Under the pieces are notes generated by a model that was not told the origin of the DNA, did no database searches, and saw nothing but the letters and a program-made list of their open reading frames with translations. A stretch of 64,000 bases of DNA, from the NCBI GenBank assembly GCA_015067705.1, contig SVLW01000005.1:14666-78665 (forward strand), in the 5' to 3' direction. Positions 1 through 7,960 of the stretch are shown here, piece by piece. The position numbers and the translations under genes were made by a program. The stretch's first letter is position 1. Each line of letters starts with the position of its first letter. This stretch comes from Oscillospiraceae bacterium (GTDB lineage: Bacteria; Bacillota; Clostridia; Oscillospirales; QAMX01).

Positions 1-1157
1 TCGGAGAGTTCCCGCAGGGCAGTCACCAGTGCGGTGAGCTTCGCGGGATCCCTGGGCTGTGCCTTCACCCGGAAGAAGGGATTTGCCAGAGAATAAAGGC
101 CGCCGGGGCGGCGTTCGCCCAGATAATCCCCCACGCGGGCGCCGGACAGGCCGCAGAGCGCCGCGATATCGCCGGCAGACACTTCGCCCACGTCCACATA
201 TTTTTGGCCGTTGAACTTGCGGATCTGCGCGATTTTCTCCTGGGGCCGTTCCTCGTCCCCGTTCCTCGGTTCGTCGTTCTGCAGCGCAACGGTGTCGCGG
301 CTTTTCAGGGCGCCGCCATAGAGGCGTACATGGGCGATCTTGCCCATGGTTTTATCATGTTCGATCTTGAAAATCAGGGCGGAAAGGCCCTCCTGTATGT
401 TCTCCGATGCAGAGGGCAGGCAGGACGTGACGGCATTCATCAGGGTCTCTACACCCAGGCCCTGTCTGGCACAGCCAAACACCACCGGCGTGATGAGCCC
501 AGATGCCACCGCCTCCGCCACGGCGCGGCAGAGCTCTTCTCCGGGGATCTCCTCCCCTTCCAGCCAGCGCTCCGCAATGCCGTCGTCAAATTCCGCCGCC
601 GCTTCCGCCAGACGCTCCGAAAGCGCCGCATCTTCCTCCACGGCACAGTCCCGCTCCCCTTCCCGGAGTACCACGTTCAGCGGCAGGAAGTATCCGCCCA
701 GCCGGGCGCGGAATTCCGAGAGGATCTCCGCGGAGCGGCTGCCGGTGCGGTCCAGCTTGTTGATGAAGAGAATGCGGGGCAGACGGGATGACGTCAGCGC
801 ATTCCAGAGATTTTCCGTATGGGACTGGATGCCCTCCACCGCAGATACCACCAGCACCGCTCCGTCCAGTGCCGCCAGACTGCGCTCCACCTCGCCGGCA
901 AAGTCCAGATGGCCGGGGGTGTCCAGCAGATTCACGGTATAGCCCTGCCAGGAAAGACTGGCCTGGGCGGCACGGACAGAGATGCCCCGCTGTCGCTCAA
1001 TGTCCAGCCAGTCGGTCTGGGCGGTGCCCTCATCCACGCTGCCCGCCTTGCGGATGGCGCCGCAGGCATAGAGCATCTGCTCCGTCAATGTGGTCTTGCC
1101 CGCGTCCACATGGGCAAGAATGCCGATATTTTTGATTTTGCTGCTGTCTGCCGCCAT
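1..1157 (-). CDS. translation-factor GTPase, TetM/TetO/EF-G-like (N-terminal ~385 aa; C-terminus runs off the window start)
   Basis: Reverse complement from the ATG at 1157 reads MAADSSKIKNIGILAHVDAGKTTLTEQMLYACGAIRKAGSVDEGTAQTDWLDIERQRGISVRAAQASLSWQGYTVNLLDTPGHLDF...ILFINKLDRTG. This carries the G1 (AHVDAGKT), G3 (DTPGH) and G4 (NKLD) motifs. The frame stays open to position 1. It is absent from the ORF track because it has no in-window stop. Confidence 0.8.
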   Translation of the reverse strand, partial: MAADSSKIKNIGILAHVDAGKTTLTEQMLYACGAIRKAGSVDEGTAQTDWLDIERQRGISVRAAQASLSWQGYTVNLLDTPGHLDFAGEVERSLAALDGAVLVVSAVEGIQSHTENLWNALTSSRLPRILFINKLDRTGSRSAEILSEFRARLGGYFLPLNVVLREGERDCAVEEDAALSERLAEAAAEFDDGIAERWLEGEEIPGEELCRAVAEAVASGLITPVVFGCARQGLGVETLMNAVTSCLPSASENIQEGLSALIFKIEHDKTMGKIAHVRLYGGALKSRDTVALQNDEPRNGDEERPQEKIAQIRKFNGQKYVDVGEVSAGDIAALCGLSGARVGDYLGERRPGGLYSLANPFFRVKAQPRDPAKLTALVTALRELS

Positions 1158-1158
1158 A

Positions 1159-1935
1159 TCAGTCCATCAGCTTGCGGAAATATGCCGCGCAGTCTGCGCA
1201 GACGTCCGCGTACTCATACTGGTAAAGGTCAAGGCCCAGACCACCGTCAAAGCCCACTTCCCGGAGCTTATTCAGATAGGCGGACAGATCCATGTCGCCC
1301 TCCCAGGGCACCAGATGATTATGGATGCCCGTGGCCATATTCTCCACATGGCACTGCAGGATGTAGGGAGCGCTCTGCTCGATGGCCTTCATAGGATCGG
1401 GATCACAGAGGAACACATGGCCGATATCACAGTTGATGCCCATGACGGGAGAATCGATCTCCGCAAAGGCTTTCAGCAGCAGCTCCGTACTGTCGATGAC
1501 GAAGCCCGGCTCATATTCCACCGCCAGACGCAGGCCCAGTTCCTCCGCCGCCGCGGCAAGAATTTTGGTGTCCCGGATCATGGCGTTCCACTGATCCTCG
1601 TATTTTTCCGCCTCTCTGCGGATGGCGCCGTTGATGATCACATACTCTGCGCCCAGTTCCTTCGCGATCTTCAAAGTCTCCAGTACGATCACCAGAGCCT
1701 CAGGGGACTCGGTATAGTCCTTGTGGGCGCTGACGGAGAAGCCGCGCACACCGTATTTTTCCATGGCGGCCTTCATGCGTTCTGCAAAGCCCGGCAGGAA
1801 GAACTCCGGACGGGTGCGGAAGGATTTTTCAAAAATGCTGATTTCGACACCGTCAAATCCGGCGTCCATGATAAATTTCACCGCTTCTTCGTAAGAAAAC
1901 TGCGGGAGCATCTGCGTGCGGCCGTAAAGTTTCAT
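1159..1935 (-). CDS. sugar phosphate isomerase/epimerase (xylose isomerase-like TIM barrel family)
   Basis: 258-aa ORF with a GFDGVEI...H...E pattern typical of AP_endonuc_2/TIM-barrel isomerases. Its stop lies 1 nt before the ATG of the downstream GTPase gene (TGATATG). Confidence 0.65.
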   Translation of the reverse strand: MKLYGRTQMLPQFSYEEAVKFIMDAGFDGVEISIFEKSFRTRPEFFLPGFAERMKAAMEKYGVRGFSVSAHKDYTESPEALVIVLETLKIAKELGAEYVIINGAIRREAEKYEDQWNAMIRDTKILAAAAEELGLRLAVEYEPGFVIDSTELLLKAFAEIDSPVMGINCDIGHVFLCDPDPMKAIEQSAPYILQCHVENMATGIHNHLVPWEGDMDLSAYLNKLREVGFDGGLGLDLYQYEYADVCADCAAYFRKLMD

Positions 1936-2000
1936 GATGGTTCTCCTTTTTCTTTATCGTTTGTCTGCATTGTATCACAGGGGCATGGGGACTGTCAAAT

Positions 2001-2037
2001 AAAGAGAAAACACCGGGAATCGCAGGGATTCCCGGTG
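2001..2037 (-). terminator. intrinsic terminator after trpB
   Basis: On the minus strand, CACCGGGAATC-CCTGC-GATTCCCGGTG (2011-2037) is followed by TTTTCTCTTTATTT. Confidence 0.7.
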
Positions 2038-2053
2038 CAGAAAAGAACAGGAT

Positions 2054-3283
2054 TTACAGCTTGAAGTTCTCGCCGTAGCCGTAGTTTTCGATGACATAGT
2101 CCATGTCCTTGTCGCCGCGGCCGGAGAGATTCACGAGGATGGAGTCGAACTTGTTCTCCTTGGCGGCGCGAATGGCATAGGCCACCGCGTGGGCGCTCTC
2201 GAGCGCCGGAATGATGCCCTCATAGCGGGACAGGGCGTAGAAGGCGTTGACGGCCTCTTCGTCGCTGACGGTATCATAGGTCACGCGGCCGGCGTCCTTG
2301 AGATAGGCATGCTCGGGGCCGGTGGCCGGATAGTCAAGACCGGAAGCCACGGAATAAACGGGATTGGGCTCGCCGTTTTCATCGGCCAGCACATAGCTCT
2401 CAAAGCCATGGAGAATGCCGCGCTTACCGTAGGTCATGGATGCGGCGTGGTCGCCCACCTTGCTGCCGCGGCCCAGAGGCTCAACACCGATGATCTCCAC
2501 AGGATCGGCCAGGAAAGGCACGAACATACCGATGGAGTTGGATCCGCCGCCCACGCAGGCGCAGACCGCATCCGGCATCAGGCCGGTCATCTGCATGAAC
2601 TGCTCACGGGCCTCAATACCCACCACCATCTGGAAGTCACGCACCATCAGCGGGAAAGGATGGGGACCCACAACGGAACCGATGCAGTAAATGGCATCCT
2701 TGTACTCACGGAGATAGGCCTCAAAGGCGGCGTCAACCGCTTCCTTCAGGGTCTTCATGCCGGCGGACACCGGCACGACTCTTGCGCCCAGAAGCTTCAT
2801 ACGGGAGACATTGGGGGCCTGCTTGGCGATATCCACTTCGCCCATGTAAATGTCGCACTCAAGACCGAAATAGGCCGCAGCCGTAGCCAGTGCCACGCCG
2901 TGGGAGCCGGCGCCGGTCTCGGCGATGATCTTCTTCTTGCCCATGAACTTGGCGAGCAAACCCTCGCCCATGCAGTGGTTGATCTTATGAGCGCCGGTGT
3001 GGTTTAAGTCCTCGCGCTTCAGATAAATCTGGGTGGTGCCCAGCATGTTGGACAGCTTTTCGCAGTGATAGACCGGGGTGGGACGACCCTGGAACTCGCG
3101 GCGGATCCGGCGCAGCTCACTGATGAACTGGGCGCTGTGGCAGATCTGACGATAGGCCGCCTCGATCTCACGGAACGCAGCCATCAGTTCTTCCGGCATA
3201 TAGGCGCCGCCATAGGGGCCGAAACGGCCGTCCTTCGACGGGAATTCTTTCAGATAATTGTCAAATGCAGCATATTTATTCAT
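2054..3283 (-). CDS. trpB: tryptophan synthase beta chain (stand-alone TrpB)
   Basis: 409 aa. Contains the PLP-lysine motif [19 protein letters not shown], and the GGGSN loop (VGGGSNSIG). No trpA is adjacent. Confidence 0.85.
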   Translation of the reverse strand: MNKYAAFDNYLKEFPSKDGRFGPYGGAYMPEELMAAFREIEAAYRQICHSAQFISELRRIRREFQGRPTPVYHCEKLSNMLGTTQIYLKREDLNHTGAHKINHCMGEGLLAKFMGKKKIIAETGAGSHGVALATAAAYFGLECDIYMGEVDIAKQAPNVSRMKLLGARVVPVSAGMKTLKEAVDAAFEAYLREYKDAIYCIGSVVGPHPFPLMVRDFQMVVGIEAREQFMQMTGLMPDAVCACVGGGSNSIGMFVPFLADPVEIIGVEPLGRGSKVGDHAASMTYGKRGILHGFESYVLADENGEPNPVYSVASGLDYPATGPEHAYLKDAGRVTYDTVSDEEAVNAFYALSRYEGIIPALESAHAVAYAIRAAKENKFDSILVNLSGRGDKDMDYVIENYGYGENFKL

Positions 3284-3289
3284 GATTTC

Positions 3290-4843
3290 TTACTCCTTTT
3301 CGGGATCGCCTGACACTTGATCCCGGCGAACCGATGCTAGATGTTTCGATTGTACCACACGAAGCATGGCCCATGCAAGTCCCAGAATCGACCAGAATAC
3401 CAACATAACACGGGGATAAAACCAGATATATTCCACCAATTCCATAAATAACAGGCCAAAAAGCGCGGAAAACAAACCAATCGCCAGATATTTTTGCTCT
3501 GCTAAATCGGTAAACACCGACACCAGCGTGTTTTTCAGCGTGGAGAGCATCAGTGTAACGCCGCTGAGAAAGCCCAGGATCCCCAGCTCCAGCCAGAGCT
3601 CAAAATAGAGATTGTGGGCATGGGTCGCCACCTTGGCCTCGTCCAGCATGAAGCGGCGATAGGCATCGTAGAAATTGTTGGTGCCAAGGCCCACGCCGGA
3701 GATCCAGTTCTCCCGCAGGGCATCCCCCGCGCCCTCCCAGATATAGACACGGTATCCGACAGAGGTATCCGTGCCGGAGAAGAGAGAGAGGATGCGGTTC
3801 ATAATGCTGGCGGGCAGGAAGGGAATCGCCAGGATCAGCAGAATCAGGCAGGGCGGCACCAGCCAGAGATTCGAGAGCGCGATGAAGGATCCCACGCTCA
3901 GGGCGAAGGAGATCCACGCGGAACGGGACAGGGTCAGCACCAGTGCCAGCACCGGCAGAGCGAAGGCCGCCCAGAGCAGGAGCTTTGCACTGCGGGTGAT
4001 GCGTTCCTCCGTCCAGATAGCCGCAAAGCAGCAGGGCATCAGAAGCACCAGCACTTCCGCGAAGTTATTGGGGTTTATGAGCGTTGCGTACACGCGGCCG
4101 GAGGTGTTGGGGTTAGTGCTGACATCCGTATAGGAAGTATTCACCGCCACACCGCCCACGGCCTGCAAAATCGCATACACCGAGACGAAGATCAGAGCGC
4201 CATAGAGGATCAGGAGCACTTCCCGGATATCCCGCAGACTGCGGACAGAACCCGCCAGCACCACCATAAAGAGGAAGGCCGTGAGGAAATAGGTGAACAC
4301 CCGCATGGCCTCGGACACGAAGCTTCCCATGAATACCGCGAGGGCACAGGAGAACATCAATAAGAAGAGCGAAGCCGGCAGCGCGGGATGATGCTCCCCC
4401 GCTTCCCGGGTGCGCTGGATCAGATAAAGGGCCGCAACGAAGAGCGCCGCCAGGAGTCCATAACCGTTATTCCATCGGCTGTCGTCCACGCAGAGGATCA
4501 CAGCCAGGAGCACCGCGGTCACCCGGGACACCTTCTGCCGGATCAGCCAATCCGCAAACGTCGTCAGCCACGAGAAGGGCGGCAGATGGGAAAACGCCGT
4601 ATACACCAGGCGCACCGCCGCCAGGATCCAGGCAAAGAGCCACTTTGCCGCGCCGTACAGCACGCTCTCCTCCCGCATCCGCAGGAAGAGATCCTGTCGG
4701 ACGAAGAAGGGGCGCACCGCCTGGACGATCCGGCTGCGCCGGCCGGCAGAGGCGATTCCCCGTCCCGCGCGCGTCATCAGCGAAACCGCAGACCGGCAGA
4801 TCACACTGCGGGATACGCTGTCTTTCAAATATTCCACAATCAT
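3290..4843 (-). CDS. O-antigen ligase/polymerase-like (Wzy_C) polytopic membrane protein
   Basis: 517 aa with many TM segments. Contains a loop with HAHNLYFELWLELGILGF, typical of the Wzy_C/O-antigen ligase family. Confidence 0.7.
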   Translation of the reverse strand: MIVEYLKDSVSRSVICRSAVSLMTRAGRGIASAGRRSRIVQAVRPFFVRQDLFLRMREESVLYGAAKWLFAWILAAVRLVYTAFSHLPPFSWLTTFADWLIRQKVSRVTAVLLAVILCVDDSRWNNGYGLLAALFVAALYLIQRTREAGEHHPALPASLFLLMFSCALAVFMGSFVSEAMRVFTYFLTAFLFMVVLAGSVRSLRDIREVLLILYGALIFVSVYAILQAVGGVAVNTSYTDVSTNPNTSGRVYATLINPNNFAEVLVLLMPCCFAAIWTEERITRSAKLLLWAAFALPVLALVLTLSRSAWISFALSVGSFIALSNLWLVPPCLILLILAIPFLPASIMNRILSLFSGTDTSVGYRVYIWEGAGDALRENWISGVGLGTNNFYDAYRRFMLDEAKVATHAHNLYFELWLELGILGFLSGVTLMLSTLKNTLVSVFTDLAEQKYLAIGLFSALFGLLFMELVEYIWFYPRVMLVFWSILGLAWAMLRVVQSKHLASVRRDQVSGDPEKE

Positions 4844-4846
4844 ACG

Positions 4847-5362
4847 TTAACCGGTAATTCCTTTTGCAAGTGCCGCAGGCACATCGGGGTTATCGTACAC
4901 CACATCGCTGACGTTGCAGCTGAACTTGGCAAAGCCGGCCCGCAGGGCAATGGTGTGGCCCACGGAGAATTCCACGCCGGAAAGGCGGATGCCATAGGCG
5001 CTGGGCTCGCCGCTGATGCGGGTCACAACCGTGACGGCCTTATAGTTATCCATGGAGGACTGCACCAGCTCGCCCTCCGCATTGGGAGACCACACCACGG
5101 AATCCTCCACTTTGAAATCGATCACTTCACCCATATAGATGTTGCGGTCGGCGTCCACCACGGGAGCGCCCACATAGAGCTTCTGTGCCACAAAGTCCGG
5201 CACTTCCGCAGAATAGAAGGAGAGCTCTACCTCTTCATAGGAGGCGGCGCTGCCGGAGGGCATCATTTGATATGCCGCAAATGCCAGAACCGCCAAAACC
5301 GCCAAAATGATCACGGCGTCCAGCAGCGTAAAACGGCGCTTCTTGTTTGTCTTTTCCATCAT
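4847..5362 (-). CDS. membrane-anchored protein, DUF4330-like
   Basis: 171 aa. N-terminal KKRRFTLLDAVIILAVLAVLAFAA anchor. Lies 3 nt upstream of the ligase-like gene. The family call is from recollection of the N-terminal pattern only. Confidence 0.5.
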   Translation of the reverse strand: MMEKTNKKRRFTLLDAVIILAVLAVLAFAAYQMMPSGSAASYEEVELSFYSAEVPDFVAQKLYVGAPVVDADRNIYMGEVIDFKVEDSVVWSPNAEGELVQSSMDNYKAVTVVTRISGEPSAYGIRLSGVEFSVGHTIALRAGFAKFSCNVSDVVYDNPDVPAALAKGITG

Positions 5363-5377
5363 CAGTTTCCTCCAAGT

Positions 5378-6466
5378 TTATGATTCATAGGCTTTCATGA
5401 TGTTTTCATACATCACTTCTTCCGAAAATTCCCGGCGCACCCGCTCCGCCGCAGCGGCGCCCATCCGGGCCCGCAGGGCGGGATCCTCCGAAAGGCGGCA
5501 GAGCCGATCCGCCATGGCGGCGGCATCGCCGAAGGGCACCAGATACCCGCCGTCTGCCTCTGTAGGCACGATCTCGGGATTGCCGCCCACTTTCGTGATG
5601 ACCACGGGAAGGGAGAGAGACATGGCCTCCGTGATGGCAAAGCTCAGTGCCTCGCTGCGGGAGGTATTGATGCTGACGTCTCCGGCGCAGAGAATCGCGT
5701 CGGTATCCCGGCGGAAGCCGGCCTGCAGGAAGAATCCCTCCATGCCGTACCGCTTGATGGTCTCTCTTGCGCTTTCAAATTCGCTGCCCTGTCCGGCGAT
5801 CAGGAAGCGGGCCTCCGGCAGCCGTTTCTGTACCAGTCGCGCCGTTTCCAGCAGCATGTCCGTACCCTTCACCGGTTCATACCGGGTCAGGGTCGTCACC
5901 ACAAAGGCGTCCTCCGGGATCCCGAATTCCGCCCGGATCTCCCGGCGCAGCCGGGCAGGATCCGCTACCCGGTCGAAAGGCACGCCGTTATGGATCACCC
6001 GCAGACGGTCGGGACGGATGCCGTTTTTCGTCAGCTGATCGATCTGTGCCTCACAGACACAGAGCACCGCGTGATTCCGCGGAGAGAACAGTCGATTGAT
6101 CACCCGCCACTTGGCGTCACAGGCAAAGACCAGATGCGCCGTGGTGATCACTTTCGCAGAAAGGCCCATACGCTTTGCCAGAATGGCAATGCAGTTTTCT
6201 CTGGGGTAATGCGCGTGGATCACGGAGATTTCGCGCGTCCTGGAGATCCCGCGCAGTGTCCGCGCGGCCTTCAGATCCAGGATATGCCGCATGGGCATCT
6301 GCAGGACTTCCGCGCCTGCCGCCGCCGCGTCGCCCACCAGCGGGCCTTCTATTCCATAAACCAGTGTGCAGGTATGACCCGCGGCGATTTGCCGCCGGAT
6401 CAGGGTCAGCACATACTTTTCCGTGCCGCCGCTCCCCGCATAATGGATCAGGTGCAGGATATTCAT
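5378..6466 (-). CDS. glycosyltransferase family 4 (GT-B fold)
   Basis: MNILHLIHYAGSGGTEKY N-terminus and a C-terminal E-x7-E-like region (SEALSFAITEAMSLSLPVV). I moved the start to the ATG at 6466 because GGAGGTG lies 7 nt upstream. The ORF track starts at 6490. Confidence 0.8.
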   Translation of the reverse strand: MNILHLIHYAGSGGTEKYVLTLIRRQIAAGHTCTLVYGIEGPLVGDAAAAGAEVLQMPMRHILDLKAARTLRGISRTREISVIHAHYPRENCIAILAKRMGLSAKVITTAHLVFACDAKWRVINRLFSPRNHAVLCVCEAQIDQLTKNGIRPDRLRVIHNGVPFDRVADPARLRREIRAEFGIPEDAFVVTTLTRYEPVKGTDMLLETARLVQKRLPEARFLIAGQGSEFESARETIKRYGMEGFFLQAGFRRDTDAILCAGDVSINTSRSEALSFAITEAMSLSLPVVITKVGGNPEIVPTEADGGYLVPFGDAAAMADRLCRLSEDPALRARMGAAAAERVRREFSEEVMYENIMKAYES

Positions 6467-6637
6467 TCTTCCCACCTCCACATCAGGCATTCAGTATATC
6501 ACATTTCATTCCCCAAGGAAAGCCTGATATTCATAAATTCAAAAAACATGGATGATTTTCCGTCGTTTCACCCCGATTTTTGTCAAACTTAGAAAAACCG
6601 AACACTATCCAGATATATTATTTTGGTTAAATACGTG

Positions 6638-6666
6638 TTGACATCTCATGGGGAAGTGCGTATAAT
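6638..6666 (+). promoter_or_regulatory. sigma-70-type promoter (TTGACA-17 nt-TATAAT) driving the riboswitch transcript
   Basis: TTGACA at 6638-6643, exactly 17 nt of spacer, then TATAAT at 6661-6666. Confidence 0.7.
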
Positions 6667-6677
6667 ATCAAGTAAGA

Positions 6678-6797
6678 TATGACGCTGAGTGCCATTTTGG
6701 CAGCGGGAGAACCATTTTTGGGGTGTATCCGTCCTTTGGACGGTAGGGTACCTTCTGGCCCAAACCCGACAGCTAATCTCGTAAGCGACGAAGGACA
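6678..6797 (+). promoter_or_regulatory. c-di-AMP riboswitch aptamer (ydaO/kimA class)
   Basis: Reads CGCUGAGUGCCAUUUUGGCAGCGGGAGAACCAUUUUUGGGGUGUAUCC..GGUAGGGUACCUUCUGGCCCAAACCCGACAGCUAAUCUCGUAAGCGACGAAGG. As I recall them, this parallels the B. subtilis ydaO leader (..AGCGGGGGACCCA..GGGGUGAAUCC..GGUAGGG..CCCGUCAGCUAACCUCGUAAGCG) and the Thermoanaerobacter crystallised aptamer (..CACCCGACAGCUAAC..). Confidence 0.85.
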
Positions 6798-6836
6798 CAG
6801 TAAACGGATGGATGAAGCGTTTACTGTTGCTTGCAG

Positions 6837-6864
6837 CGTCCGTCTTACTGCGGGCGGTTTTTTT
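6837..6864 (+). terminator. riboswitch expression-platform terminator
   Basis: Stem CGUCCG (6837-6842) pairs with CGGGCG (6851-6856), followed by a U7 tract at 6858-6864. An overlapping alternative hairpin, CTGCGGG (6848-6854) with CCCGCAG (6869-6875), is followed by TTCTCTTTTTTGTTT. Confidence 0.6.
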
Positions 6865-6953
6865 ATGTCCCGCAGGTTCTCTTTTTTGTTTGCACTTCAT
6901 CTTTTCATGATTCTCCCCTTTCTCTTGGTATCGTCAGTTCGATACCGCAAGAA

Positions 6954-6990
6954 ACCGCCGTACCGAAGAATGGAACGGCGGTATTTTTTT
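6954..6990. terminator. bidirectional hairpin terminator (serves ttcA-like gene and any plus-strand read-through)
   Basis: ACCGCCGT (6954-6961) pairs with ACGGCGGT (6975-6982). ATTTTTTT follows on the plus strand and TTTCTTG on the minus strand. Confidence 0.65.
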
Positions 6991-7015
6991 GCACCTTTGG
7001 GGGAGAATCGAGAGT

Positions 7016-7756
7016 TCAGCGCACTTTTTCCCAACCGGACAGGGGCAGGCGCTGCATGGAGCCGAACATCCGCTCCTGGATGCCGGGGGCCTCCCGGTCC
7101 AGATCCCGCAGGAGTTCCTTCACATACTGGCGCTTGGTGTTGCCGTCGGCGGGACAGGGATTTGTCACAATGGGCAGATCCATGCTTCTGGCACAGCCGC
7201 GCACCAGCTTCTCCGGCGTGTAGAGCAGCGGGCGGATCACCGTCACGTCCTTGCGGTCCAGATAGGTCACCGGCATAAAGCAGGAGATGCGGCCCTCATA
7301 GATCTGGGACATCATGAGCGTCTCCACCGCGTCGTCCCGATTGTGGCCCAGGGCGATCACTCGGCAGTTCCGGGCAACGGCGGCATCATGAATGGCGCCC
7401 CGGCGCATCTTGGCACAGAGCGAGCAGGGATTGGACTCTTTTCGCACCTCAAAGATGATTTCATAAAGCTGCGTCTTTACAATCGTATAAGGTACGTCCA
7501 GTTCTTCGCAGAGGCGTTCGATGGCGTCAAAGCGCATGCCGGGGATACCGGGATCGATGGTGATGGCCTCCACTTCATAGGGAATGGGATAAAAACGCCG
7601 CATGGCGGCAAGCGCCTCTAACAGCACCAGAGAATCCTTGCCGCCGCTGACGCCCACGGCGATCCGGTCGCCGGGCTTTATCATATCATAATCTTCACAG
7701 CAGCGCCGCACATGAGAAAGAACCTTTTGAAGCACAGGGACAATCTCCTTTTCCAA
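7016..7756 (-). CDS. TtcA-family tRNA 2-thiocytidine biosynthesis PP-loop ATPase
   Basis: 246 aa. Contains the PP-loop SGGKDS and the cysteine motifs CSLCAKMRRG and NPCPADG. Confidence 0.85.
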   Translation of the reverse strand: MEKEIVPVLQKVLSHVRRCCEDYDMIKPGDRIAVGVSGGKDSLVLLEALAAMRRFYPIPYEVEAITIDPGIPGMRFDAIERLCEELDVPYTIVKTQLYEIIFEVRKESNPCSLCAKMRRGAIHDAAVARNCRVIALGHNRDDAVETLMMSQIYEGRISCFMPVTYLDRKDVTVIRPLLYTPEKLVRGCARSMDLPIVTNPCPADGNTKRQYVKELLRDLDREAPGIQERMFGSMQRLPLSGWEKVR

Positions 7757-7960
7757 TCCATAGTCTGATCCGAATACCGTTTATTTTACAGGAAAATCCC
7801 CTTTGATTCAATCGTTTTTCCGCACTTTGTAAACATCGCATGAATTTGTGCGTGTCGCCTTGAATCCTTTCAGTTCCTTTGCTATAATAGGGTCGAAAAT
7901 GGAGGATCATCGGCCCCGTCCGATCCCTGATCCAAAAATACATTGAACGAGGGAACAGTT

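Noticed and set aside
6672-6866. A roughly 190-nt promoter-to-terminator transcript with paired 5' and 3' ends, first considered as 6S RNA.
   Set aside because: The internal sequence forms several separate hairpins and matches the ydaO-class c-di-AMP aptamer cores. It does not form a single long bulged 6S-like helix.
6928-6946. The GGTATCG-TCAGTTC-GATACC hairpin containing GTTCGATAC, which resembles a tRNA T-arm.
   Set aside because: The flanking sequence has no acceptor, D or anticodon arms. It is an isolated hairpin next to the bidirectional terminator.
6865-7278. A plus-strand ORF starting just after the riboswitch terminator (MSRRFSFLFALHLFMILPFLLVSS...), considered as the riboswitch-regulated gene.
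   Set aside because: It has no Shine-Dalgarno sequence. The frame runs through a strong bidirectional terminator and then antisense through the ttcA-like gene, and after the first 25 residues it is Pro/Arg/Gly-rich junk. A very short hydrophobic peptide cannot be fully excluded.
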